Of a DNA stretch of 64,000 bases, positions 1 through 9,929 are shown piece by piece; the stretch's first letter is position 1, and each line of letters starts with the position of its first letter. The translations under genes were made by a program, and so were the position numbers. Where the stretch lies: the IMG/VR virus record IMGVR_UViG_3300045684_000013, positions 2,407-66,406 of that record; one strand, 5' to 3'. Under the pieces are notes generated by a model. That model saw nothing but the letters and a program-made list of their open reading frames with translations, was not told the DNA's origin and ran no database searches. Source of the DNA: a virus.

Positions 1-336
1 GAATGGGCCAAATATGTGCCATCAAACTTTGCGGGTGACAGATGGGTTTACACCAATGAAATCACATCAACTGGTGGTGGAGGCTTGGAACCAACTGTAA
101 ATTCAGCAGGCAGCAATTATTTGCCTGACACTGGCCTGATACCAAAGGCGCATTCAAGGGTGAAGCTGTATGAAATGGAAGACTGCCACACGCTTCTGAA
201 TTATGTTTTTCGTGGGCTTGAAAAGGCAGCACAATTTTCCAACTGTGGAAATGGCACAGTGGTTGGAATAATCCGTAAAATGTCAAAGCAGATTGATGGC
301 CAAGGCCTGACAACATTCATAATTGAAGCAGAATGA
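1..336 (+). CDS. hypothetical protein, 5' partial
   Basis: Frame is open from base 1 to the stop at 336 and overlaps the next ATG (ATGA). Confidence 0.6.
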   Translation, partial: EWAKYVPSNFAGDRWVYTNEITSTGGGGLEPTVNSAGSNYLPDTGLIPKAHSRVKLYEMEDCHTLLNYVFRGLEKAAQFSNCGNGTVVGIIRKMSKQIDGQGLTTFIIEAE

Positions 337-656
337 AGATGACAGAATCATACATTTGCCAGATACACTGCACAGAATGCATGCAGATGCTGAAGCAAAG
401 CAACGTGCTTTCAGAGCATGAACTAAAACAGAAATGGCAGCACGTTTATCAGACAGCGCACAATGCAGGTGCCATGGTGCAGCGTGACAAGCAATGCAAA
501 TGCTTTGATTCCGCTGTTGGTCGTGGTGCAGCTGTAAAAATTGCTGTATGGGCCTGCATTGGGCGTGTGTGGTGCGATGTGATCATGAAAGCACCAGGAA
601 TAAAAGACTACACAGTCAGCAAAATTGTAAAAGGAATCCAGTTAATCAGAAAGTAA
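333..656 (+). CDS. hypothetical Cys-containing protein
   Basis: ORF coupled to both neighbours (ATGA, TAATG). Confidence 0.55.
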   Translation: MKMTESYICQIHCTECMQMLKQSNVLSEHELKQKWQHVYQTAHNAGAMVQRDKQCKCFDSAVGRGAAVKIAVWACIGRVWCDVIMKAPGIKDYTVSKIVKGIQLIRK

Positions 657-1474
657 TGGCAACATTCACCACCAAAATAAACCCTTTGCATTTTCCCACA
701 TTGGTCACGGACTTTGGGACAAAGACAAATGCACAGGTTGCACACGAGTGCTTTCGTGACAGCGCACGTTGGATTCAAATGTGGTCTGATTCAGATGTGC
801 TGACAATGTACTTTTCTGATTCAGATGGATTCTTCCCACTTGAAGGCAGGCTGCTTGATGTGGTTTCAGGTGAAACTTTTCTGATTGCACCTGATGCAAA
901 TATTGGTGATGATTATTGGTTTGAAATTGACCTTGCACCATACAATGGCAGGGAGCTTGTTTTCCAGGCAGGCAGATTCATTGCTGCACAGTTTACAGTC
1001 AATCACGAAAGCGAACCATTCAAGGTCTTGCCACACACTGATTCAAGGGTGACTGAATGCTCAACAGTCATGCAATATTGGGGCTGTTCTGATGATTTTG
1101 GCTGGAATTGGAATGTGGAGGAAACCAGCACAGTGCCTGTGTATGTGCCCACATTGCGAATATTTGACAGCATCAGGCAAAGGGCACCAGTGATCAGGAA
1201 AACAGTTCGAGAAACTTACGACAAGTCATATTTCACGTGTGCTGCTGAAGCTGATTTCCTACTTGCTGTCAGGCTTGAATTTTCGCCTTTATGGTGGCAT
1301 GAAAAATTGTCATTGGCAACAGTCCAGCGTGAAGTCAGAATTGATGGTGCCAGATTTGTGCAGGAACTGGAAGTGCAGCCGGGAGAACAGTATCAGAATT
1401 TGCCACTTTTCAAGGGTGAATTATTACTAAAAAAGGCAGATCAAGTGACCCTGATGCGTCACGGTTGTTGTTGA
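656..1474 (+). CDS. putative virion structural protein
   Basis: ATG 656 overlaps the upstream stop; lies before the tail-tube-like and portal genes. Confidence 0.5.
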   Translation: MATFTTKINPLHFPTLVTDFGTKTNAQVAHECFRDSARWIQMWSDSDVLTMYFSDSDGFFPLEGRLLDVVSGETFLIAPDANIGDDYWFEIDLAPYNGRELVFQAGRFIAAQFTVNHESEPFKVLPHTDSRVTECSTVMQYWGCSDDFGWNWNVEETSTVPVYVPTLRIFDSIRQRAPVIRKTVRETYDKSYFTCAAEADFLLAVRLEFSPLWWHEKLSLATVQREVRIDGARFVQELEVQPGEQYQNLPLFKGELLLKKADQVTLMRHGCC

Positions 1475-1601
1475 TTGGTAAAAAAACTATATTTGGAAAA
1501 ATCAGCACTTGTTTGGTGTGTCGAAATCCAGCCAGTGCCAGCAGGCAAGACGTAAAAGCCATTTACTTTATTCATTATTTTCATTTCAAACAAAAAAAAT
1601 C

Positions 1602-2147
1602 ATGGCTGATTTCATTAGCGCAAACTGTCAGGACTGTTCAGATTTGGAATTCAGAAGCTATTCATTTTCCTGTGACGTGGCTGATGCTGACTTGCAGGCA
1701 CTTGGCTTCAGTATTTGTGGCAGTTCTGTTGGCTGCCTGACACAGGAAGCTGACTATACTGCCCTGACTGCCCTGAACAAATTTGTGGCAATCAAGGGTG
1801 TGCAGGGCAGCAAAGCTGACCCAACACCAGTTGAAATTGACCTTTCATCTTATTCCTGCTATCCAAACCGATTGGTGAAGGAATACAATGAAGTTTTGAA
1901 CTGGTCAACACCATTCCTCAAAGAAAACTGGCAGCTGTACAACCAATTCAGAAAGAACCCAACCATTGCCAGTCAGGGAATGTATGTCACCAAGGCAGGC
2001 ATCAACTTTGAAATCCCGTCAACACCATCTGTGTTTGTTTCCATAGGTGCGGAAAATGGCATTCAGGCCATCATTGGCACCACTGAATGGACCACAAACG
2101 CACTTGAAGAACCATTTGACGCACTGGCTTCAATTTGGGCCTGTTGA
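1602..2147 (+). CDS. putative major tail/tube-like virion protein
   Basis: A-rich leader before ATG 1602; size and beta-rich composition; the function is inferred. Confidence 0.4.
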   Translation: MADFISANCQDCSDLEFRSYSFSCDVADADLQALGFSICGSSVGCLTQEADYTALTALNKFVAIKGVQGSKADPTPVEIDLSSYSCYPNRLVKEYNEVLNWSTPFLKENWQLYNQFRKNPTIASQGMYVTKAGINFEIPSTPSVFVSIGAENGIQAIIGTTEWTTNALEEPFDALASIWAC

Positions 2148-2168
2148 TCATTTGACAATTGATTTTTC

Positions 2169-4151
2169 ATGGCTGAATTATTTCAGACAGACGTTGAAGA
2201 AGAAGCCATTGGCCAGCTGGTGTCACAGGCAGAAACCTTTGCAAACGAATTTGCAACAGGTGCCCTTCCTGTGACACCACATTACTTGGCCAATGTCTTT
2301 CACAGGAATGAACTTTCTGTGCATTTTCGTTGGAAATTTCCAGCAGGCCACCTGATTTCAAAGGTCAGGCCACACGAACCTTCTCAGATTCTGGAATACA
2401 GGCTGAACAATTATGAGCAGAACACCTTTCCAATTGGCTTCAGTGTGGTCAATGCGCTGAAGGGAACATTGGCAAATCCACAGGTTTTTTCTGTTCAGTT
2501 CTCTGATTCGCCACCAATTGAAATCAATGCTGATGAAGCAGAAGATTTTGGCACATACATGACAGCATGTGCAGCTGTGCCGGGAGAAAATTTTCTACAT
2601 TATTTTTGGGACTTCATTGCAATTCAGTGCCTGTTGGATTCAAACGGCTATGTTGTAATAATCAACAGCAAGTCAGATTCTGAAGTTGCTGAATTGTCAG
2701 GCAATCCTGACCCTGCAAAGCGTGCAAAGTGGAGGGAACCAAGGCCATTTTTCATACCTTCTTCACATGTGATGGAAGAAGGTCACGGCTGGATGTTTGC
2801 CAAGGCCACAGAAATGAATGAAGTCAATATTGAAGACAATGAATTCATTGTTCCTTCATTTTGGTACTTCACAGAAGACATCACATTCAAGCTGGTGCCA
2901 GTTGGTGGCAGGAAAGTCAAGAATGATGATGGCAGAGAAGAAATCAGATTCACGTGGGATGTTGTAGTGTGGGACCAGCACGGATCAGGCATGGCAGCCA
3001 GAAAGCCACGGGGAATTGTTTCAGATGAAAGGGTTTGGCGCGACAAGGCAGGCAGCCTGAAAAGGCATGTCACTGTCATGGAAATGAATGATGTTGGTTT
3101 TTATCTGTCAATTCTTTCACTTGCTGTTCCAGACTTTAACAGGGCAGTCAAGATTCTTTCTGACCTTGAATCAGGCCTTGTGGCTAGTCTTTTTCCAATC
3201 AAAACCGTTGAATTGCAGCAGTGCCCAAGTTGCACAGGCAACGGGTGGGTGAAAGACACCAGAACAGATGCAGAAGACGGCGACACGCTGACCTGTACTG
3301 AATGCAATGGCCTTGGCAAGACATTCCCATCAGGTCCATTTGCAGGTGTTGCAAAGGCACCAAATGAAGCAGGCCTGATTTCACCTGCTGTTGTCTGGTC
3401 TGCACCATCAACTGAACCATTTGCCTTTGCTTGGAAGATGTACAATGAAGCCATTCTGTCAGGCCTGAAGGCCTTGGCACATGGATCATTGCGGGAACCA
3501 CCAAGTAACACAAACAACACAGCACGTGCAAAGGAAATTGACATGCAGCAACAGCACATAATTGTGCGTGAAGTGGCTGCAATCATTTACCCTGTGCTTC
3601 AGTGGCTGTTGGACAAAGCTAATGTGCTAAGGTATGGCAAACTTTTAAATTCTGAAGGACTAAGGCAGAACAGGGCAACAGTAATGGTGCCAGCTAGTTT
3701 TGACATCAGCCTGATGTCAGACCTTTTTGAACAGCTGAAGCAGATGCAGGAAAATTCAATGCCAGTGCCAATCAAAAAGGCATGGGCAGAACGGGCCATT
3801 GTTCGCGACCTTGGCAGTCATTCACCAATGGGCAAGCTTGCAAAAGCATATCTGAATGTTGATAAATATGCCCTGATGTCTGAAGAAGAAATCATGACAG
3901 CAAATGCCAGATACTTTGAAGCCAGTGAAGGCACGCGGCTTGAAGTGATGGTTGACATGTTTCTGCATGATCACTTGGAAACAATCATCAGCAAACTTGT
4001 CAGGGATAATGCAGCCCTGAATCAGCCTGTTAATTTTCTTTCATTGCCTCCACACTTGCAGCGCACCATGGCCAGAATTGAAGCAAAGAAATTTGTTGAA
4101 TTGCAGCAGTTGCCAGAAGCAGAAGTAAAGCGTGATGACAATGGCCAGTAG
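2169..4151 (+). CDS. portal protein with inserted DnaJ-type zinc finger
   Basis: 660 aa, helical C-half, portal-like size; CPSCTGNG...CTECNGLG motifs. Confidence 0.65.
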   Translation: MAELFQTDVEEEAIGQLVSQAETFANEFATGALPVTPHYLANVFHRNELSVHFRWKFPAGHLISKVRPHEPSQILEYRLNNYEQNTFPIGFSVVNALKGTLANPQVFSVQFSDSPPIEINADEAEDFGTYMTACAAVPGENFLHYFWDFIAIQCLLDSNGYVVIINSKSDSEVAELSGNPDPAKRAKWREPRPFFIPSSHVMEEGHGWMFAKATEMNEVNIEDNEFIVPSFWYFTEDITFKLVPVGGRKVKNDDGREEIRFTWDVVVWDQHGSGMAARKPRGIVSDERVWRDKAGSLKRHVTVMEMNDVGFYLSILSLAVPDFNRAVKILSDLESGLVASLFPIKTVELQQCPSCTGNGWVKDTRTDAEDGDTLTCTECNGLGKTFPSGPFAGVAKAPNEAGLISPAVVWSAPSTEPFAFAWKMYNEAILSGLKALAHGSLREPPSNTNNTARAKEIDMQQQHIIVREVAAIIYPVLQWLLDKANVLRYGKLLNSEGLRQNRATVMVPASFDISLMSDLFEQLKQMQENSMPVPIKKAWAERAIVRDLGSHSPMGKLAKAYLNVDKYALMSEEEIMTANARYFEASEGTRLEVMVDMFLHDHLETIISKLVRDNAALNQPVNFLSLPPHLQRTMARIEAKKFVELQQLPEAEVKRDDNGQ

Positions 4152-4329
4152 GGTGGCACAGAATAAATGCCAGTTGTGCAGCAGGTCAGGCAATGATGGT
4201 GGCCCACGTTGGAAATGGACAGCGTTCGGAAATTGTCGCTTCAAAAGCTGGCAAAAATGCAGGGATTTTGCAGAATACTTGGAAAATAAAGAAAGGCAAG
4301 CAAATGAAAGGAAGAAATTTAAACCGTGA
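4141..4329 (+). CDS. small hypothetical protein (CxxC)
   Basis: Overlaps the portal stop; basic, Cys-containing. Confidence 0.35.
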   Translation: MASRVAQNKCQLCSRSGNDGGPRWKWTAFGNCRFKSWQKCRDFAEYLENKERQANERKKFKP

Positions 4330-4478
4330 CAGGAGAAAAAGAAATGCACACAACAGTGAATGTGTGAAGTGGGCACATGGTAAATGCCAGAAATGGGTGA
4401 TGAGAGATCAGATGAACTTCAAGAAAAGGGCCACTGATTTTGAAGATGGCCAGTCATAAACCATTAACTGAATCAATT

Positions 4479-4550
4479 ATGAAAGGTTGCAACTGTGGAA
4501 AACCAAAGAAACCAAAGGTTAAGGCCAAAAAAATCAGCAATCCATTTTGA
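4479..4550 (+). CDS. 23-aa basic microprotein MKGCNCGKPKKPK...
   Basis: A-rich leader, ATG 4479, TGA 4548-4550; below the ORF-track cutoff. Confidence 0.35.
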   Translation: MKGCNCGKPKKPKVKAKKISNPF

Positions 4551-4583
4551 TGAATTGCTGAAGCCCCTTTTTCGTGGCTGGAA

Positions 4584-4862
4584 TTAATCAGTGTACTTGA
4601 ATCGACCTGACCACATTTTAAACCATTCAAATGCCAGTGTGTCAATGTGGCCTTCCATGTCTGATTGCATTTGTACATTCAGTTCATCATAAAGCCGTTC
4701 TGAAAGGGCTGTGAAGTCAAAGCAGCCAGCTGAATCAGCAAAGCCATTGACTTTTACTGCCTTGGTGCATGCAGCCTGCACGGATTTTTCAAGGGCTGTC
4801 AATCCCTTCTTTGTTTCAGGGATGGCAGAAAGCAGGACGGGTGAAGATGTCTGGTTTTTCAT
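4584..4862 (-). CDS. hypothetical protein
   Basis: Last gene of the leftward island downstream of cassette copy 1. Confidence 0.55.
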   Translation of the reverse strand: MKNQTSSPVLLSAIPETKKGLTALEKSVQAACTKAVKVNGFADSAGCFDFTALSERLYDELNVQMQSDMEGHIDTLAFEWFKMWSGRFKYTD

Positions 4863-5079
4863 GATTGGGATGCTTTGAAAATTTTGTATTCAATGTTTGA
4901 AATCTGCCTGCTTATGCTGGCATGCATTGATACAGTGAAGCTGGTTTGAAGGCTTGTGTGGCACTGCCTTAGAAATCGAAGCGAAGATTTGAAGTGTTCT
5001 GAAGAAATGTTTGGGTCAAGCAGTATGGTCACGAAGAAGTCTTCTGAAAAATTAAAGCCTGAACGAATGGCAAATGATT

Positions 5080-5358
5080 TCAGCTTTTCCAAAAAACGCT
5101 GTCCATTCTTCCTTTTTGGAAGGTGGTGCAATGGGTACGGGCTTGTCGATATAAGGCACCAAAGGAAGAAGCCACACAAATGGCAGTGCCATCAGCTAGG
5201 CCAGCCACAAAATGTGTTTCTGGCAGCTGCCAGAAGGCCACACGAATGGCAGGCCAGTCAATGCCTCCAAAGAAGGTGGCCAGTTCAAAGCCTGAAGGCC
5301 TTGTGAAGCTTTCCATGGGCTGCTGTCTTTGAGCAAAAGAAAAGGTTGAAGCGGTCAT
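5080..5358 (-). CDS. hypothetical protein
   Basis: Preceded on the minus strand by the CAACATCATCATC leader. Confidence 0.5.
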   Translation of the reverse strand: MTASTFSFAQRQQPMESFTRPSGFELATFFGGIDWPAIRVAFWQLPETHFVAGLADGTAICVASSFGALYRQARTHCTTFQKGRMDSVFWKS

Positions 5359-5384
5359 GATGATGATGTTGAAGATGGAACGAA

Positions 5385-5708
5385 TTAACGGGAAAGGACA
5401 CAATTGACAGTTCTGGCAGGGTGGTCATTGCCAAATGGCTTGTAGTCTTCAATGATTTCCATGGTGAAGCCCAATGCTGACACCTTGGCTGCAAATGTTT
5501 TCCACAGTCTTTCACTGTTGTTAAAGCGGATATACACTACATCCTGTGCATTGATTGCAGCATACATTTCAGGTCTTGTCTTCAGCGTCTGTGGCATGAA
5601 GCCAGCCTGAAGAAGATCAGCAGCACGGTGAACGGAAACGGTTGTGCCAATTGCGTGTGCTTTTGCAAGTTGGGTGATGGTGGCTGATGTTCTTTCGGGT
5701 GAAGTCAT
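5385..5708 (-). CDS. hypothetical protein, first gene of cassette copy 1
   Basis: Its ATG is the last codon of the repeated cassette. Confidence 0.7.
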   Translation of the reverse strand: MTSPERTSATITQLAKAHAIGTTVSVHRAADLLQAGFMPQTLKTRPEMYAAINAQDVVYIRFNNSERLWKTFAAKVSALGFTMEIIEDYKPFGNDHPARTVNCVLSR

Positions 5709-5830
5709 TTTGATGTTGTTGTGTCAAGCTTCATTGCCCAACACTTCAAAGATGCAAAAAGGTTTCAGACTTGCAAACATATTTGAAAATAGGTGCAAAA
5801 AAAAATGAAGCACCAGTCAGATGCTTCATT
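5706..5830 (-). promoter_or_regulatory. dispersed terminator-promoter-leader cassette, copy 1
   Basis: Reverse complement of TTTTCAAATATGTTTGCAAGTCTGAAACCTTTTTGCATCTTTGAAGTGTTGGGCAATGAAGCTTGACACAACAACATC; upstream hairpin 5804-5830 plus T-run. Confidence 0.9.
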
Positions 5831-5861
5831 CAGGCCTGATGTTGACCAGTGCTTGCAGGTG

Positions 5862-6194
5862 TCAGAATGATGGAAATGACTCATACTGGTTTTCACTTGA
5901 CCAGCGGTCAAAGGTGACAACCTGTGCTTCATCAAAGGCTTCAATGTATGCCTGAAGCACTTGCAGCAATTCATGGCCATCCTGCACGCGCAATTCTTCA
6001 CGCATAGTTGTCAGCACTGTTCTGGCATCCAAGTGACCACCTGATTGTGGGTGACTGGTCATTTTGTGGAGGCTGCCAAGGGCAGCTGCTGCCTTCTTCT
6101 TTACTGCAAGAATAACAATGGCAGCATCTTTCTTGGATGGCAGTGCCAATGGTTTCTGGCCAGCTGGCTGGCTGTTGTTGGTGTCTTCTTTCAT
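5862..6194 (-). CDS. hypothetical protein
   Basis: ORF coupled to the upstream gene. Confidence 0.6.
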   Translation of the reverse strand: MKEDTNNSQPAGQKPLALPSKKDAAIVILAVKKKAAAALGSLHKMTSHPQSGGHLDARTVLTTMREELRVQDGHELLQVLQAYIEAFDEAQVVTFDRWSSENQYESFPSF

Positions 6195-6751
6195 TTGCTT
6201 TTTGTTGTTGCATATAGCAGCCTTGCGGCTGCAAATACAGGGTGAATTTTGGACTTCATAGTGATATTTTCTGGAACCAAGGTGGCAAAGAATTCACCTT
6301 TGTCAGGACTTGGGCCAGTGATGATGATTTTTTGAAATGAACCTGATTTGTCAGGCGACTTGATGTGTGCCAAATGCAAATGCCAGATGCCTTCTTCAAT
6401 AGGAATCAGGTCATATTGAATTTGATTGAAAATAAGACTTGGCACTGCATCATAAGATGGCCAACCAGATGTGCTGACAATCACAGGCAGCCATTCAGAA
6501 CCAAGATTCATGGTCACTGTGAATACATCTGGCAATGGTTCACCTTCTTCAATGGCCACCTTCACTGTTTCATTTCTGTCGGTATAAGTCCTGCCATTAT
6601 CAAACAGGATTTCAATAGTCTTGCCAATCTTGGAAAGCCTGTCAATCCTTGCCACCTTTGAAATTGGCCAGCCATCGTCTTCTGTCAGATACAGGGCCAT
6701 TTTGTCACCTACCTTCAGCGCGTCTGCTTTCTTGTGGAGGAATAAAGACAT
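6191..6751 (-). CDS. hypothetical protein
   Basis: 186 aa ORF with genome-typical codon use. Confidence 0.65.
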   Translation of the reverse strand: MSLFLHKKADALKVGDKMALYLTEDDGWPISKVARIDRLSKIGKTIEILFDNGRTYTDRNETVKVAIEEGEPLPDVFTVTMNLGSEWLPVIVSTSGWPSYDAVPSLIFNQIQYDLIPIEEGIWHLHLAHIKSPDKSGSFQKIIITGPSPDKGEFFATLVPENITMKSKIHPVFAAARLLYATTKSK

Positions 6752-6810
6752 AATTCATTTTATTGATGTGATACAAGGCCCACAGAAGCCTTCTGTGGGC
6801 ACGAATTTAT

Positions 6811-7065
6811 TTATGATGCTTGGTGCTGCCCTTTGCCATTCGTTACAATGGGCAGCCTGCCACCAGCCTGCTTCAGGGTCAAACGCTTTTCAAGGTCTGC
6901 CAGCTGACTGAACCAGTCACCTTTGACCTTCATTGCAATATTGTGAACCATAAAAGAAAGGATCAGCAACAGCATTGGTGGTGTGTTTGGTGGACATTCT
7001 TCAATCACTCTATTCAGCGTGACTGCAAAGTTCGGATGCTTATCTGTGATCAGGTGCCAATTCAT
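6811..7065 (-). CDS. hypothetical protein
   Basis: Coupled to 7062..7265. Confidence 0.5.
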   Translation of the reverse strand: MNWHLITDKHPNFAVTLNRVIEECPPNTPPMLLLILSFMVHNIAMKVKGDWFSQLADLEKRLTLKQAGGRLPIVTNGKGQHQAS

Positions 7066-7265
7066 GCTGCTTCAGTTTTGTGCTGATGCCTTCCAGCCTT
7101 CAGCAGGTCTTTGATGGTGATGTTGCATGCATACGGCTGGCCAGCTGCTTCAAATGTATTCAGCAGCCTGTTGCTGGCAATGTGTGACAGCTGACACCAG
7201 TTGCAGTGTGCAACTGAATGTGTGCCAGCATCCAATAATTTTCTTCCTTCTTCTGATGGTGTCAT
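7062..7265 (-). CDS. hypothetical protein
   Basis: Small ORF in a tightly packed leftward operon. Confidence 0.5.
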   Translation of the reverse strand: MTPSEEGRKLLDAGTHSVAHCNWCQLSHIASNRLLNTFEAAGQPYACNITIKDLLKAGRHQHKTEAA

Positions 7266-7267
7266 GA

Positions 7268-7423
7268 TTATCTTTCAAGATTGTTCTTTTTCAAAAATCT
7301 GTCTATTGCCTTAATAATTCGCTGCCATTCAGTATCTGAATCACCACAGCCAATCATTGCTTCAAGGTTATTTGCGGCCTCTTTTATCATACGGATTTGA
7401 TATTTTGTGATTTCAACTTTCAT
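7268..7423 (-). CDS. small hypothetical protein
   Basis: Start MKVEITKYQ at 7423. Confidence 0.5.
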   Translation of the reverse strand: MKVEITKYQIRMIKEAANNLEAMIGCGDSDTEWQRIIKAIDRFLKKNNLER

Positions 7424-7469
7424 GATGCAATGTTGTTTCAATTGATATACGTTTTTTTTCTGCCAGATG

Positions 7470-8600
7470 TTAAAGGGCACCACATGCCTGACCTTCTGCA
7501 AAGGCACCAACTGGCAGCTGCCAGACAGATGAAGGCACCAGCACAGGTGTTGTGAATTCTTCTGTGGCCTGTTTCCACCAAAAGGCATCCACATTCATTG
7601 GTGTGCCCTTGGCTGCAAATTCAATGATGTCTGTTTTGCGTTTTAAGGTGAAGCCAAGTTTTTCTTCAGTCATGGCAATGTTCATAATCTTGGATTCATC
7701 ATATTTTGCAATGGTGGCAAATACATCAGGACCATTGAAAATGTAGGTCTGACAGCTGCAACGTGACCAGCCACAGAAATATGCAGGATGCGCCACCACA
7801 CCATGTGCCTTCATTTCATCCCACACCTGCTGTTCCGGCCAGTCAATGACAGCCCTGAACTGAATCACTTCACGGTTGAATTTTGGGCTGTCAGTGGCAT
7901 GTAATTCAGCTTTCAGATATTTTGCACGGTTGGCTGATTCTTCACGTCTTTCACCAGTCAGCACCAGCACCTGTGCATCTTTGGCAAACATCTTTCTGAT
8001 GACCGTTTTGCACACATCAATCTTCACCACACTGCTGCACCATCTTGATGCCAAGTCAGCTGCAATGGCTGGAAATTTGCCACGGGTGCTGCTGCCTGCA
8101 TTGGCAGCCACTTTGATGAATTCGCCACCTTCTTCAGCCTGATAAAAGACATCCTGAAGGCCTTCATTTTTCCGGTTGATTTCACGCTGTATGCCACCAG
8201 CCCTGAAGGAATAAAGCAAGGGCAGGCCAAAGGCCTTGGCAAAGGCTTCACAATAGCTGTCTGTTCCTTTCCAATCCCAAATGTTGCCACCTTTGCCATC
8301 CACCAAATGGTGCATCAGAACAACACGTGACATATCAATGCCACGGTTGATCAAATCAAGCACCATGGCAACAGAATCCTTTCCACCACTGAAACACACC
8401 ACAATGGCAGCATCAGTCTGGTGCAGCAGGTATTCAGCACGATCAATTGTATCTGTGCCAATGGCTGCCTTCAGGTCATGAATTTTCTGAAGCGTTTCAT
8501 TGGTTGCCGCCAAGTTGCCTGCTGTTGATTCTTCCTTTGCCTGCTTTCTTAGTGTGGCAAGCTGCTTGGTGTTGGTTCTGATGGTCTGAATTGATGTCAT
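7470..8600 (-). CDS. PAPS reductase-family (PP-loop) protein
   Basis: VVCFSGGKDS PP-loop, RWCS..VK, GERREES.NRA, HPAY..GWSRCSC motifs. Confidence 0.88.
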   Translation of the reverse strand: MTSIQTIRTNTKQLATLRKQAKEESTAGNLAATNETLQKIHDLKAAIGTDTIDRAEYLLHQTDAAIVVCFSGGKDSVAMVLDLINRGIDMSRVVLMHHLVDGKGGNIWDWKGTDSYCEAFAKAFGLPLLYSFRAGGIQREINRKNEGLQDVFYQAEEGGEFIKVAANAGSSTRGKFPAIAADLASRWCSSVVKIDVCKTVIRKMFAKDAQVLVLTGERREESANRAKYLKAELHATDSPKFNREVIQFRAVIDWPEQQVWDEMKAHGVVAHPAYFCGWSRCSCQTYIFNGPDVFATIAKYDESKIMNIAMTEEKLGFTLKRKTDIIEFAAKGTPMNVDAFWWKQATEEFTTPVLVPSSVWQLPVGAFAEGQACGAL

Positions 8601-8611
8601 GATTTGTTGTT

Positions 8612-8667
8612 ATTGATGTTGATGTTGTGGAGGAATGCAGGCCACCTGAAGGCAGCCTGCTGTGTGT
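8612..8667 (-). repeat. 56-bp intergenic hairpin-leader spacer, copy A
   Basis: 55/56 identical to 47148-47203. Confidence 0.9.
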
Positions 8668-8671
8668 TAGC

Positions 8672-8809
8672 TTATTTGCAAAGCTTAATGAAAGTCCAGC
8701 CCATTTCTTTTGCCAATGCTTTTGCTTCTTCAGTAGAACTGATATAGCTAACTTTGAATGTGCTGGTGAATCCGTTTGCATCTTTTTGTGAAAATTTTGC
8801 CCTTGTCAT
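8672..8809 (-). CDS. 45-aa protein, first gene of cassette copy 2
   Basis: MTRAKFSQKDANGF...KLCK*; its ATG directly follows the cassette leader. Confidence 0.65.
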   Translation of the reverse strand: MTRAKFSQKDANGFTSTFKVSYISSTEEAKALAKEMGWTFIKLCK

Positions 8810-8937
8810 GATGTTGATGTTGTTTTGTCAAGCTTCATTGCCCAACACTTCAAAGATGCAAAAAAGGTTTCACACTTGCAAGCATATTTGAAAATAAATG
8901 CAAAAAAAAGTGGCCAGCACTGTGCTGGCCACTTTTT
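8807..8937 (-). promoter_or_regulatory. dispersed cassette, copy 2
   Basis: Same core sequence; hairpin AAGTGGCCAGCAC..GCTGGCCACTT at 8908-8934. Confidence 0.9.
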
Positions 8938-8952
8938 CCAAGCCGGGATGTG

Positions 8953-9486
8953 TCAGGCAATGGATGGAATAAGCCTGTCTTTTCCGGTGTGGGCTAAAGC
9001 ATCATTGTCACTGCCATCCACAATGCGCATCAGCCAATTGCCATGGAAAAAAGGCAGGGCGGAATTGGTGCTAAATTTGGTATATCCAGACAGGGCAAAC
9101 AGGCTTTCTTTTCTTTCAAAATCAACAGCGTTGAATTGCATTTGATTTGGACTGATGGCCTTGTATATGATCTCAACTGCCCCTGACTGGTGTTGCATCA
9201 GCAGCCAGTTGCTTTCATAAGAAAGTACCTGGAATCTTTCTGAAATGGGCTTACTGTCTGGCTTGCTGGTTTCTGTCTTCCAGTCAAAATGATTGGCATT
9301 GAATGTCACAGTGCTGGTGAAAATGGTGCCATTCTGGTCAATGTGTTCAGATGTCCATTGGCCTTGCAGATATTCTTGCATCTGGCTTCCTGTTGCATTG
9401 GGTGGTGGCATTTCAGGCGGTGTGCATGCCGCTGTGGAAAACAGGGCAAACAGGCTGAAAATGGTGAAAAAAATCAGTTGTTTCAT
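8953..9486 (-). CDS. putative lipoprotein (lipocalin-like GxW)
   Basis: MKQLIFF...LFSTAAC lipobox-like signal; LQGQW motif. Confidence 0.6.
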   Translation of the reverse strand: MKQLIFFTIFSLFALFSTAACTPPEMPPPNATGSQMQEYLQGQWTSEHIDQNGTIFTSTVTFNANHFDWKTETSKPDSKPISERFQVLSYESNWLLMQHQSGAVEIIYKAISPNQMQFNAVDFERKESLFALSGYTKFSTNSALPFFHGNWLMRIVDGSDNDALAHTGKDRLIPSIA

Positions 9487-9536
9487 TGGGTGAAAATTAA
9501 ATTGATTATGTAGAAAAGTGAATTTATTGAAATTAT

Positions 9537-9911
9537 TCAATCTTTGCAAAAAGTGAAGCATTTGCCATTTATGCCAGATGCGGTGAAACTGTCAATGCTG
9601 TGCCATTCAATTTCCATGTCAAGGATGGCTGACCCAAATTCAATGCCAACCATTTTCAGGCTGGTGCCATTCAGTTCAAACAGAAAAAAGTCATCTTGCT
9701 TGGCGTGACCATTGATCCAGATACGAACTTTGCAGGCCTTGTATCTTGAATCAAATTCAATCTGAATCAATTCATCTGGTGTTTCATTTGTGGTGCCTTC
9801 CCAAAAGCCATGAAGTGCATCAGCCTTCATGGCAGATTGGGCAGGCAGACCAACGGGAACTGCAAGAAAAAGAAAAAGCAAGGTGCTGAAAAATAGATTC
9901 CTGTCTTTCAT
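9537..9911 (-). CDS. putative exported protein
   Basis: N-terminal signal peptide; LHGFWEG motif. Confidence 0.55.
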   Translation of the reverse strand: MKDRNLFFSTLLFLFLAVPVGLPAQSAMKADALHGFWEGTTNETPDELIQIEFDSRYKACKVRIWINGHAKQDDFFLFELNGTSLKMVGIEFGSAILDMEIEWHSIDSFTASGINGKCFTFCKD

Positions 9912-9929
9912 TTTGTCTTTGTATTGATG

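Noticed and set aside
2169-4151. DnaJ chaperone
   Set aside because: There is no J-domain HPD motif; only the zinc-finger insert matches.
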